32,000 bases of DNA from Deltaproteobacteria bacterium (GCA_021777225.1 JAJYDQ010000037.1:2006-34005), one strand, 5' to 3'; positions 24,398 to 32,000 are shown, counted from the first letter of the stretch. Notes: generated by a model from the sequence alone, not told the origin. Program-made: numbers and translations.

Positions 24398-27058
24398 ATG
24401 AAAAGAGTTCAGCTAACCATTAACGGGGTCCCACACACATTGGACGTTGATTACCAGCTAGTCCTGGTGGATTTATTACGTGACAAACTTTCTCTGACAG
24501 GGACCAAGCAATCTTGCGATAGAAAGGGACAATGCGGTTCTTGCACAGTAATAGTAAACGACAAGGCAGTACATTCCTGTCTTGTAAAGGTAGCTGATCT
24601 TGATGGAGCCGAAGTCATTTCCATAGAGGGACTTGGCACACCAGAAAACCCTCATCTAATCCAGGAAGCTTTTGCGCTTGCTGGAGCAGTTCAGTGCGGT
24701 TTTTGCACACCTGGTATGGTCATGTCTACCAAGGCTCTCCTCGACAAAGCCCCCAATCCCGGAACTGAACAAATCATGAAAGCCCTCAGGGGGAATTTGT
24801 GTCGATGTACCGGGTACAAAAAAATAATTGAGGCGGTAGAATTGGCGGCAAGATTCTTGAGAGGAGAAATTTCCCCTGAACAGGTACGACCAAAGGCTTC
24901 AGCCGGCCTAATCGGTATGTCACGCCCTAGACCCCATGCCTTGACGCTGGCTTGCGGTACCGCAAAATTTTCTGCGGACATCCGGATGGATGGCATGCTT
25001 GAATTGGCGGTCGTTCGCAGTCCTCATCAGCACGCTATAATAAAATCCGTTGACACTTCTCATGCCGAGAAGATACCCGGCGTTATTGGGATAATGACAG
25101 CCAGTGACATTAGGGGATCAAATCGGATTAGAGAAGATCAGCCACTGTTGTGTGACAAGAAAATTCACGTCTTGGGTGACGCCATTGCAATAGTAGCGGC
25201 GGAAACCAAGGCACAGGCTTTAGCCGGCGTCGAAGCTGTGAAAATAGAATACGAAACGCTGCCCGCCGTAACGACAACTTCGGAGGCCCTAAAGCCAGAG
25301 TCTCCCAGGGTTCATGATGAATCGCCTAACCTTTGCTATGAACACCCTCAGATTAAAGGAAACGCTGAAGAAGCGCTAAAGCAAGCAGCCGCAACAGTGG
25401 AGAGTAAATTTTCAACTCAACTCATCCATCAGGCGGCTTTGGAGCCGGAAGCGTCAGTGGCCTACCTTGAACCCGCTGAAGAAGGTGAAGATCCAAAACT
25501 TATAGTAATAGGACGCAGCATTTATATCCATTATCATTTGATGGTATTACAGGAAGCCCTAGGCTGGAACAATATGCGTTACGAGCAGGCATTTATTGGC
25601 GGCCAATTTGGAATGAAGATGGACATCACGGCAGAGGGTATTGCGGGGGCTGCAGCTCTTCATTTTAAGCGTCCCGTGCGGTATGTGTGTTCACTAGCGG
25701 AGTCAATGCAAATAACCACGAAGAGACACCCATTCGAAATGAAGACACGTCTCGGGGTCGACGACAAAGGTAAGCTTACGGCATACGCTATAGATTTTAC
25801 AGTCGAAAACGGGGCCTACACGTCTGCGGGTAAATCGGTCCTAAACCGGGCGTTGTATATGCTCAGCGGATCATACGATATTCCGAATGTCCGAGCTAAA
25901 GGTCAGTTGGTTTACACTAATAACGCTTGGGGTGGAGCCGCTAGAGGAGCGGGTCCACCTCAAGTCAACTTTGCTTTGGAGTCGGCCATTGAGCTTTTGG
26001 CCGCCAAAATTGGCATGGATCCTCTGGAATTTCGCCTGTCAAACTCTTTGCAACCAGGCAAATCAATATCTACGGGCCAGATTGTGGAAGAGTGGCCCTA
26101 TCCAGGGTGCCTCCAGGCTCTAAGACCGCACTATCAAAGGGCCCTCAAAGAATCTACCGATCAGAAGAAAGGTAAGATCAGACGAGGTGTTGGAATCGCC
26201 GGAGGAAGTTTTGGCATAGGTAGAGGCGGCCCTGACAGGTCGAATGTGGCCGTGGAAATCGACCCCGACGGAGGACTCACGGTTTACGGGTCCATCGCCG
26301 ACCCAGGGGAAGGGAACGACGCTATGCTTACACAGATAGCTTCTCACCTGACCAATATACCTCCAGAAAAAATTCGTCTGGTCATCCGGGACACGGACAG
26401 GACTCCCGACGCTAGCTCGGCCTCGGGTAGCCGTGTTACATATATGAGCGGCGGGGCTATGGTAAAAGCCATAGAAGCCCTCAAGGCCGGAATGGCAGAA
26501 GTTGGAGCCGCTTCTTACGATGCGCTTGTCGCAGCAGGAAAACCCACCAGGTACCTGGGTTCCAGGATCTCTGAAACCACGTTCCTGGATAATAAAACGG
26601 GTCAGGGCTCACCTTTCGAATCCCGTGTTCATGGCGTTCAAATGGCTGAAGTTGAGGTTGACATTGAGACAGGCGGCGTCAGAATCCTTAAGATAACTGC
26701 TGTTGTTGATCCTGGAACCATCATTAATCCGATGATAGTTGAAGGGCAGATCGAAGGTGGAGTGGATATGGGCGCGGGGATGGCTCTCCGTGAGCATTAC
26801 GTTCATGGTCTGACTACTGATTGGAAAGGAATCAAGTTTCCAACCATGGGGACAGCGTTTGACATTGACGTAATCCTCCTTCAGACACATCGTAAACGAG
26901 GCACACTGGGAGCGGTAGGCGTGGGAGAATTTGTTCTATTACCAACTGCGGCGGCAATAGTTTCCGCTATTCAGAACGCCACAGGAGGGTCCCGCATCTG
27001 TCACCTTCCGGCTACCCCCGAACGAGTCCTTGAATCTTTGAAGCCAGGAGTAAGTTAA
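24398..27058 (+). CDS. Molybdenum hydroxylase of the xanthine oxidase family, single-polypeptide MOP-type aldehyde oxidoreductase (2x[2Fe-2S] plus Moco domains, no FAD domain)
   Basis: 886 aa. N-terminal CDRKGQCGSCTV...C (plant-type 2Fe-2S) and QCGFCTPG...CRCTGY (second 2Fe-2S). Moco-domain motifs GGQFGMK and C-terminal GAVGVGEF, which holds the catalytic Glu. Confidence 0.9.
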   Translation: MKRVQLTINGVPHTLDVDYQLVLVDLLRDKLSLTGTKQSCDRKGQCGSCTVIVNDKAVHSCLVKVADLDGAEVISIEGLGTPENPHLIQEAFALAGAVQCGFCTPGMVMSTKALLDKAPNPGTEQIMKALRGNLCRCTGYKKIIEAVELAARFLRGEISPEQVRPKASAGLIGMSRPRPHALTLACGTAKFSADIRMDGMLELAVVRSPHQHAIIKSVDTSHAEKIPGVIGIMTASDIRGSNRIREDQPLLCDKKIHVLGDAIAIVAAETKAQALAGVEAVKIEYETLPAVTTTSEALKPESPRVHDESPNLCYEHPQIKGNAEEALKQAAATVESKFSTQLIHQAALEPEASVAYLEPAEEGEDPKLIVIGRSIYIHYHLMVLQEALGWNNMRYEQAFIGGQFGMKMDITAEGIAGAAALHFKRPVRYVCSLAESMQITTKRHPFEMKTRLGVDDKGKLTAYAIDFTVENGAYTSAGKSVLNRALYMLSGSYDIPNVRAKGQLVYTNNAWGGAARGAGPPQVNFALESAIELLAAKIGMDPLEFRLSNSLQPGKSISTGQIVEEWPYPGCLQALRPHYQRALKESTDQKKGKIRRGVGIAGGSFGIGRGGPDRSNVAVEIDPDGGLTVYGSIADPGEGNDAMLTQIASHLTNIPPEKIRLVIRDTDRTPDASSASGSRVTYMSGGAMVKAIEALKAGMAEVGAASYDALVAAGKPTRYLGSRISETTFLDNKTGQGSPFESRVHGVQMAEVEVDIETGGVRILKITAVVDPGTIINPMIVEGQIEGGVDMGAGMALREHYVHGLTTDWKGIKFPTMGTAFDIDVILLQTHRKRGTLGAVGVGEFVLLPTAAAIVSAIQNATGGSRICHLPATPERVLESLKPGVS

Positions 27059-27071
27059 GAGGACAGACGCC

Positions 27072-27419
27072 GTGATTAAGGGTGATTGTCCTGAAGTTCC
27101 GGAGCCTGATATCGACGATCAGAAGGGTCCGAATTCGTTGTTTGACGAAGAGGGATTCCTTAACAATCCTGAATCGTGGAACGAAACCATTGCGAAGAAA
27201 ATAGCTCAGGGGCAAGGTTTACCTGAGCTAAATGATTCTCACTGGCAAGTCATACGTTTCCTCAGAAATTACTACCTGACAATGGGTAAGGCTCCGTTGA
27301 ACAGCGAGTTAAAAAAGGGCGTAGGTTTGAACATGACGCAGATCGAGAAGATGTTTCCCACCGGCATCAGGCTTGGAGCGCGACGCATAGCAGGGTTGCC
27401 GAATCCAAAAAACTGTTGA
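27072..27419 (+). CDS. TusE/DsrC-family sulfur-carrier protein (single C-terminal Cys)
   Basis: 115 aa. FDEEGFL..PESW.E.IA, HWQVIRFLRNYY and a C-terminal arm AGLPNPKNC ending in Cys. The second conserved Cys of true DsrC, about 10 residues upstream, is absent. GTG start with AAGAGGA upstream. Confidence 0.8.
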   Translation: MIKGDCPEVPEPDIDDQKGPNSLFDEEGFLNNPESWNETIAKKIAQGQGLPELNDSHWQVIRFLRNYYLTMGKAPLNSELKKGVGLNMTQIEKMFPTGIRLGARRIAGLPNPKNC

Positions 27420-27423
27420 ATTT

Positions 27424-28575
27424 ATGTATCCGGAAACGATTTATTTAGATAACGCCGCTACTAGTTTCCCCAAGCCTCCTGAAGTTATTCACGCCATGTT
27501 GGAGGATTACAAACGCTTCGGGGTATCGCCGGGACGCGGTAGCTACGACCTGGCGGTTAGGGCGGAAGAACTGGTGAACGGTATAAGGCGCCAGGTTACA
27601 GATTTTTTTTCTGGGTACGATCCCAATAGGGTCATATTTTCGTACAACGCCACAGACGCTTTAAACACCCTGATCCTGGGACTGGCTGAACCCGGGATCC
27701 ATGTTATCAGTTCGAGGCTTGAACACAATTCTGTTCTCAGGCCCTTACACCACCTCAGAGAACATGGAATCATTAGTTTGGACCTCGTACCTTTTGATTC
27801 TCAAGGCTTTATTGACCCGGATGATGTCAAGAAGGCCATTAATCCTAAGACCTCTTTGGTAATAATTAATCACGCTTCCAATGTTATGGGGACTATTCAG
27901 CCAGTTCAGGAAATAGGGCGTATTTGCCATGAACAAAGTGTAGCGTTTGCCATTGACGTATCTCAAAGCGCCGGGATCATTCCTGTAGATATGAAATCAT
28001 GGCACGTGGACGCAATAGCGTTTACTGGGCATAAGTCTCTGTTGGGACCCACCGGTATTGGAGGCCTGGCGCTCAGGGATGGCCTGGATATTCCTGCCAG
28101 CCGCTTTGGAGGCACTGGAGTCGATTCCTACAGTCTTTTCCAAACTTCGGACTATCCTTACCGTCTCGAAGCCGGCACGATAAATGTTCTTGGGATTATT
28201 GGCCTTTCGGCGGGGTTAGCGCATATTTCGCAAGTTGGAATTGAGAACATTTACCGTCATGAAATGGATCTTTTGAACAAGTTACGCGACCGTTTGTCAG
28301 CCCTCAAAAGGCTGCGTCTCTATTGCTGTGACAGTTTGATTAATCATCTCCCGCTACTCACGTTAAACATAGAAGGCATGAACCCTGCGGATTTAGGCGC
28401 TATTCTGGACGGCGACTTCAATATCTCGGTTCGCACCGGCCTGCATTGCGCCCCTCTCGTGCACGAGGATTTGGGCACAACGCCCCACGGTAGCGTGAGA
28501 TTCAGCTTGGGACTTTTCAATACCGAAGAGCACATTGTAGCCGTCGAAAAAGCCTTCAAGACAATATTGGAATAA
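27424..28575 (+). CDS. Cysteine desulfurase (class V aminotransferase fold, NifS/CsdA-like)
   Basis: IYLDNAATSFP N-terminus, PLP-lysine motif FTGHKSLLGP, and active-site loop RTGLHCAP. Starts 4 nt after the upstream stop. Confidence 0.85.
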   Translation: MYPETIYLDNAATSFPKPPEVIHAMLEDYKRFGVSPGRGSYDLAVRAEELVNGIRRQVTDFFSGYDPNRVIFSYNATDALNTLILGLAEPGIHVISSRLEHNSVLRPLHHLREHGIISLDLVPFDSQGFIDPDDVKKAINPKTSLVIINHASNVMGTIQPVQEIGRICHEQSVAFAIDVSQSAGIIPVDMKSWHVDAIAFTGHKSLLGPTGIGGLALRDGLDIPASRFGGTGVDSYSLFQTSDYPYRLEAGTINVLGIIGLSAGLAHISQVGIENIYRHEMDLLNKLRDRLSALKRLRLYCCDSLINHLPLLTLNIEGMNPADLGAILDGDFNISVRTGLHCAPLVHEDLGTTPHGSVRFSLGLFNTEEHIVAVEKAFKTILE

Positions 28576-28591
28576 ACATGATGAAAATGAC

Positions 28592-28825
28592 TTATTTCTT
28601 AAGACTCTTTCCCGTTTTTATGTAAAGACTCGCTTCATTATTCAATATGAACGGTTTGGCGACTTCCTGTTCCCAATCATCCTGGGCAACTTCGTCGATA
28701 GAGACAGTGACGGCGTCCATGGGGCATTTGGCTATGTTTACAACGTCCAGGGCAATTTGTTCCGCTAGGCGCATTTTCTGATCTTCCGTTCTTCCAGGAT
28801 ACATTTTCACCATGACGTAGGGCAT
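28592..28825 (-). CDS. 4-oxalocrotonate tautomerase family protein
   Basis: Catalytic Pro-1 (MPYVMVKMYPGRTEDQKMRLAEQI...VTVSIDEV..DDW). GAGGAG SD 8 nt upstream. Confidence 0.75.
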   Translation of the reverse strand: MPYVMVKMYPGRTEDQKMRLAEQIALDVVNIAKCPMDAVTVSIDEVAQDDWEQEVAKPFILNNEASLYIKTGKSLKK

Positions 28826-28864
28826 TTGTTGGCTCCTCTAAGGATAATAGAAATTTAATCCGGG

Positions 28865-29890
28865 TTAGAATATGTTGCCACTCAGCAGGGAGGAGCTGAA
28901 TGGAATAGAAATTTTGCCTCCAAAGATTAGATTGGATCGTTCGTACAAGAAGTCTACGTTAGCGGACGTAATTGTTTCTGGTGGTCCTGCGTCCCTGCGC
29001 TCAAGGTTCATTGTACAGGTCCCGCGATAGGATTCCCAGGTCAAAAACCCCGACAATTCAGAAGCCCCGGAATTCATAAAACCAATCTCACCGGTAGCCT
29101 CAATGAAATAGCCGCTATTGACATTGTTGTTTCCCACATGCGCAAAAGGTACTCCCCTGTTATTACATGTGTTGAAGTGTTCGATCGAACCCAACATAAC
29201 TGGAAAACCAATCAATCTCAGTAACGCCTTGCCAACTCTTGATCTCTGTTCGATCTCAGCGCCTATGAACGGTTGATAACTGGCCACAGACAAGGCTGAT
29301 TCCATGCCCGAAGCCGTAAAATAATAATTGGGATTGGGATCTCCGAAATTGGTAACCAGGGATTCCCACCGAAAACCACCTACCAAATTGAGGCCTGATC
29401 CAGCACAATAATCTATCTCGGCCTGCAAAGCGTAAAGGGAACTCCTGGTCCAATCCCATTCACGAACACCCGGTGGGAATGTGAGCCATGTGATTTCCTG
29501 GTCAGCGTTGGTTTTCATAGCGATGAGATATGATCCACCGAGTTGCACGGACAGATTTTTGGAGACATTGATGGGCTTTTGCGCGGCTAACACTATACCC
29601 TGAAGATTATAGACAAAATATGAAGATACGCACGTGCCCGGCAGTACAAGTCCCGTATAGCCGGCTCTGACCCCATTTCCCGGGCTCATGTATCCTACAT
29701 AAATGGCGGGATCAAACCGCGACGCACCGGCAGATGAGGGAGAGCTTGGAACATGCGGAAAGATCGACACCTGTTCCGAAGTTCTGGTGGTTCCTGCAAA
29801 GCTCAATTCTGCTATGGCTTTTCCTGACCAGCAAATCGCGATCAAAACTAAACAACAAATCGCTATCCCGCTCCGATAATTCACGGCCAT
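28865..29890 (-). CDS. Putative outer-membrane beta-barrel protein (unclassified)
   Basis: Signal peptide with AIA-E cleavage site (MAVNYRSGIAICCLVLIAICWSGKAIA), alternating-polarity strands rich in G/Y/S, and a terminal Phe. Trimmed to ATG 29890, with AAGGGGG 8 nt upstream. Confidence 0.55.
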   Translation of the reverse strand: MAVNYRSGIAICCLVLIAICWSGKAIAELSFAGTTRTSEQVSIFPHVPSSPSSAGASRFDPAIYVGYMSPGNGVRAGYTGLVLPGTCVSSYFVYNLQGIVLAAQKPINVSKNLSVQLGGSYLIAMKTNADQEITWLTFPPGVREWDWTRSSLYALQAEIDYCAGSGLNLVGGFRWESLVTNFGDPNPNYYFTASGMESALSVASYQPFIGAEIEQRSRVGKALLRLIGFPVMLGSIEHFNTCNNRGVPFAHVGNNNVNSGYFIEATGEIGFMNSGASELSGFLTWESYRGTCTMNLERRDAGPPETITSANVDFLYERSNLIFGGKISIPFSSSLLSGNIF

Positions 29891-30049
29891 CGAAATTACC
29901 CCCTTCAAATCTGAAATTTCTAATTGTCCCGTCTTCAGCTCATTAACGTCTATTGGTAGGAATAATCCTATATTTTATTCAGACAGGGGTCAATTTTATT
30001 TCGGCGCAAGGACCATTTGCTGAAGTGTGGTTGGCTAAGATCCTAAGAA

Positions 30050-31083
30050 TCACTCATCATCGTCAAAGTCATAAATAGCGCCTTGTGGATTCTTGACCTT
30101 GTCAAACAGACACCCGGAGTTTTGGTTTATACTAGCACTTGTTGCTTAGACGCCGGTCAAAAAACGACGTTGAATGGCCTTCATCAAAAGCGCAGCCTTT
30201 CGTATTTCTCTTATGAATTTTCCCTCAAATGCCTCAGTTTGTCGATGCCCTCGGATGCAATTGTCCAATTATTGGACCCCAAACCGGTTTGAACTACACA
30301 TTTCTCCCTTGCCAAGCGACGGGCCGCTCTCTGAATGAACTTGAACAAGAGCTTTTCCACAGGGGAAAGATCATTGGGATCATCTGTAACAGTGAACAAT
30401 CCGTGTTGCTAAGCCACCTGCGTTATCATTTCATAACTTACAAATTCTGCGGATAATTCGTGCACTGCCTGCAGGATGTCCCTTTCCTGTTCGATTTCTG
30501 CCACCGACCAAAACGAATATCTCTTTTGCTGACAGCAATAGCGTTCTGGTCCCGATTCGATTACCGTTACAAAGCGTCTAATTACTCGTTTGTGGACTTC
30601 TTACCATAAAACAAATTGTGATAGTTGTTTAGCGAAAAAAGTTCTCTAAAGTATTTTCCTGCGGTCTCGTTGTACAATTTTGGTCCCAAGAGAAGGGTCT
30701 GGTTGGTCACGGGCCGAAAAGAGGACTGATAGGCTGCGGCGGCTTCCCTGTAGGATTCATAGAGATCAGCCATGGCCATGGTAGGGGAGGGTTCTGACGC
30801 CATTCGTCTATATTTGTCCTCAATTTCATCCCAGGCTACGCTCTGATTTGACCTGAAATTCCCGTTTTCCCGAAGGTTCAGATTGACTGTTTCAGATTTC
30901 CTTTTTCTAAGATAGGCGTTCATGGATCTGGACTGGCTGGAGAACCTTTCGGACAGGTAAGACCATCTCCCTTGTTCAACGCAGGACACCGGTATAACAG
31001 TTTCAGATTTTGGCGCTACCAGGATCGTTGTGTTTAGCGCCTAACCGGATTTGACTCAAAAAATCGCTTAGTCGAACAGTCAT
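30050..31083 (-). pseudogene. Decayed gene(s) of unknown family: intact SD and ATG followed by frame breaks and an in-frame amber codon
   Basis: AAGGAGG (31095-31089) and ATG 31083 open only a 26-codon ORF. Removing one A from the A4 run at 31008-31011 would fuse it to the 135-aa ORF (30989-30582). A further frame from about 30600 to 30211 is open except for TAG at 30411-30409. A last fragment ends in ...IYDFDDDE at 30050. Confidence 0.3.
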
Positions 31084-31235
31084 TGGGACCTCCTTGTCGT
31101 CATGATGACCCCAATTATATTCCGTACGTGTGCCAGATAAGGACATACGTTCTGAGCCGAATCATTGAAAATCCGGCTCGATCAATGTAACATTGAGAAA
31201 TAGTAAACATACTGATTTCCCGAATAGGATTCAGA

Positions 31236-31433
31236 GTGCCGAGAAAAATACGCTACCTTATAGAGGATTTAAAGAAGGCCGGATTTGTTGACAGAGGAGG
31301 GAAAGGAAGTCACAGGAATTTTACCCATCCTAACGTTAGAAAGCCAGTGACTGTTTCAGGAAAAATAGGCGATGACGCCCTACACTATCAGGAAAGAGCG
31401 ATACGCCTGGCTATTGAGGAGTCCAAGAAATGA
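31236..31433 (+). CDS. hicA: HicA-family toxin (mRNA interferase)
   Basis: 65 aa. LKKAGF...GGKGSHRNFTHP...VTVSGK is typical of HicA/YcfA. GTG start with AGGA 6 nt upstream. Confidence 0.8.
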   Translation: MPRKIRYLIEDLKKAGFVDRGGKGSHRNFTHPNVRKPVTVSGKIGDDALHYQERAIRLAIEESKK

Positions 31434-31669
31434 GCAGAGGTGATAGGTATCTCAAAATAGTTGAGTGGTCTGATGAGGATGGATGTTTTGTAGGTAGTTG
31501 TCCTGAATTGTTCTACGGAGGTTGTCATGGCTCAGACGCCAAGGCCGTCTTTGCTGAGCTATGTGACATAATTGAAGAAACTGTATTGATTTACGAACAG
31601 GATGGTAAGTTGCTGCCTGCTGCTATGTCCGGTCGAGATTTTGTAAATTTCATCGCAAAAATTGCATAA
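31430..31669 (+). CDS. hicB: HicB-family antitoxin (UPF0150-like)
   Basis: 79 aa. YLKIVEWSDEDGCFVGSCPELFYGGCHGSD..AVF.EL..IIEE matches the HicB N-terminal fold pattern. ATGA overlap with the hicA stop. Confidence 0.7.
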   Translation: MSRGDRYLKIVEWSDEDGCFVGSCPELFYGGCHGSDAKAVFAELCDIIEETVLIYEQDGKLLPAAMSGRDFVNFIAKIA

Positions 31670-31774
31670 ATCCAGCCGACTCAATGCGATGAGATTGTTT
31701 GGCGTCTCTTATAAAAGTCCTTGATGGGTCTGGCGGCTATGCGTAATGATTCGCCGCGCATTTGGCAGTAAATA

Positions 31775-32000
31775 TTAATCGTCATCATTACCCACAAAAG
31801 GATTTCTATCAGAATCACCAGTGGATGACCCTGCATAGCCGCCTTCGTCATCTTTAAAGGTCCAACCATCGCCGTCACGTTCAGCGGATCCAGCGTAATC
31901 ACCATAAGCGTCTTTGTATATCCTCTGATGGCCGTCGCCCTCCCAACTGCCGGCATATCCGCCATATTTATCGCGATATTCGCCGCTGGTGTAGGCTATG
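31775..32000 (-). CDS. C-terminal part of a Gly/Asp/Tyr-rich repeat protein (5' end outside the window)
   Basis: My own translation of the minus strand: ...YGGYAGSWEGDGHQRIYKDAYGDYAGSAERDGDGWTFKDDEGGYAGSSTGDSDRNPFVGNDDD*, open to the window edge, with a threefold G-x-YAGS repeat. It competes with the track ORF 31681-31965 in another frame. Confidence 0.4.
   Translation of the reverse strand, partial: IAYTSGEYRDKYGGYAGSWEGDGHQRIYKDAYGDYAGSAERDGDGWTFKDDEGGYAGSSTGDSDRNPFVGNDDD

Noticed and set aside
24398-27058. Calling the Mo enzyme a xanthine dehydrogenase.
   Set aside because: There is no FAD-binding domain or subunit, and it is a single fused chain. The architecture matches the MOP aldehyde oxidoreductase type, and there is no purine-catabolism context.
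27072-27419. Reading the DsrC-fold protein as the dissimilatory sulfite reductase subunit DsrC.
   Set aside because: It has only the terminal Cys. The second conserved Cys about 10 residues upstream is absent (RRIAGLPNPKNC). No dsrAB genes are nearby, so a TusE-like sulfur carrier fits better.
30083-30456. Plus-strand ORFs 30083-30292 and 30229-30456.
   Set aside because: They have no SD and low-complexity, odd composition. They lie opposite the minus-strand gene remnants that carry the only convincing translation signal.
31681-31965. 94-aa minus-strand ORF from the track.
   Set aside because: It is not excluded. The overlapping frame, open to the window edge, encodes a periodic G-x-YAGS/Asp-rich repeat that is more likely to be the true coding frame.
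1-32000. Search by eye for CRISPR arrays, tRNA/rRNA genes, IS elements with terminal inverted repeats, and long direct repeats flanking the island.
   Set aside because: None were found. The only repeated DNA noticed is the pair of LysR control regions and the conserved blocks of the two HD genes. A computational repeat, tRNA and covariance-model scan would be needed to be sure.

Overview
Densely coding 32-kb window with no rRNA, tRNA, CRISPR array or intact transposase. From gene content it looks like a strictly anaerobic, Desulfobacterota-type organism (inference only). About 24 kb (4293-28575, all + strand) is a catabolic island in three operon-like blocks. Block A: UbiX, a PNPOx-like flavin-binding protein, a split PEP-synthase-type kinase pair resembling phenylphosphate synthase, one UbiD-family (de)carboxylase, an aryl-acid CoA ligase, a Tm-1-like UPF0261 protein, a CBS-pair protein and an HD phosphohydrolase. 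Block B: two paralogous phytoene-dehydrogenase-like flavoproteins (limonene dehydrogenase CtmAB-like arrangement) flanking a small ORF, then an SDR. Block C: a second, divergent kinase pair, two ferredoxin-like-fold proteins, a second HD paralog, a single-polypeptide MOP-type molybdenum aldehyde oxidoreductase, a TusE/DsrC-like protein and a cysteine desulfurase. Blocks A and B each have a divergent LysR regulator, and both control regions share the same architecture: TATAAG-N5-CTTATA, 20 nt, TTGAC(T/A), 18 nt, GAT..T. The flanks carry a SAM methyltransferase, a Zn-ribbon/small-protein pair, a second Tm-1-like gene, an outer-membrane barrel plus 4-OT tautomerase operon, a decayed gene, a HicAB module and a partial Gly/Asp/Tyr-rich repeat ORF. 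Main hypothesis: an undescribed O2-independent pathway for phenolic or alkyl-aromatic compounds that combines phosphorylation, prFMN-dependent (de)carboxylation, flavin-dependent methyl hydroxylation and Mo-dependent oxidation. All family calls rest on motifs read by eye; no database search was possible.
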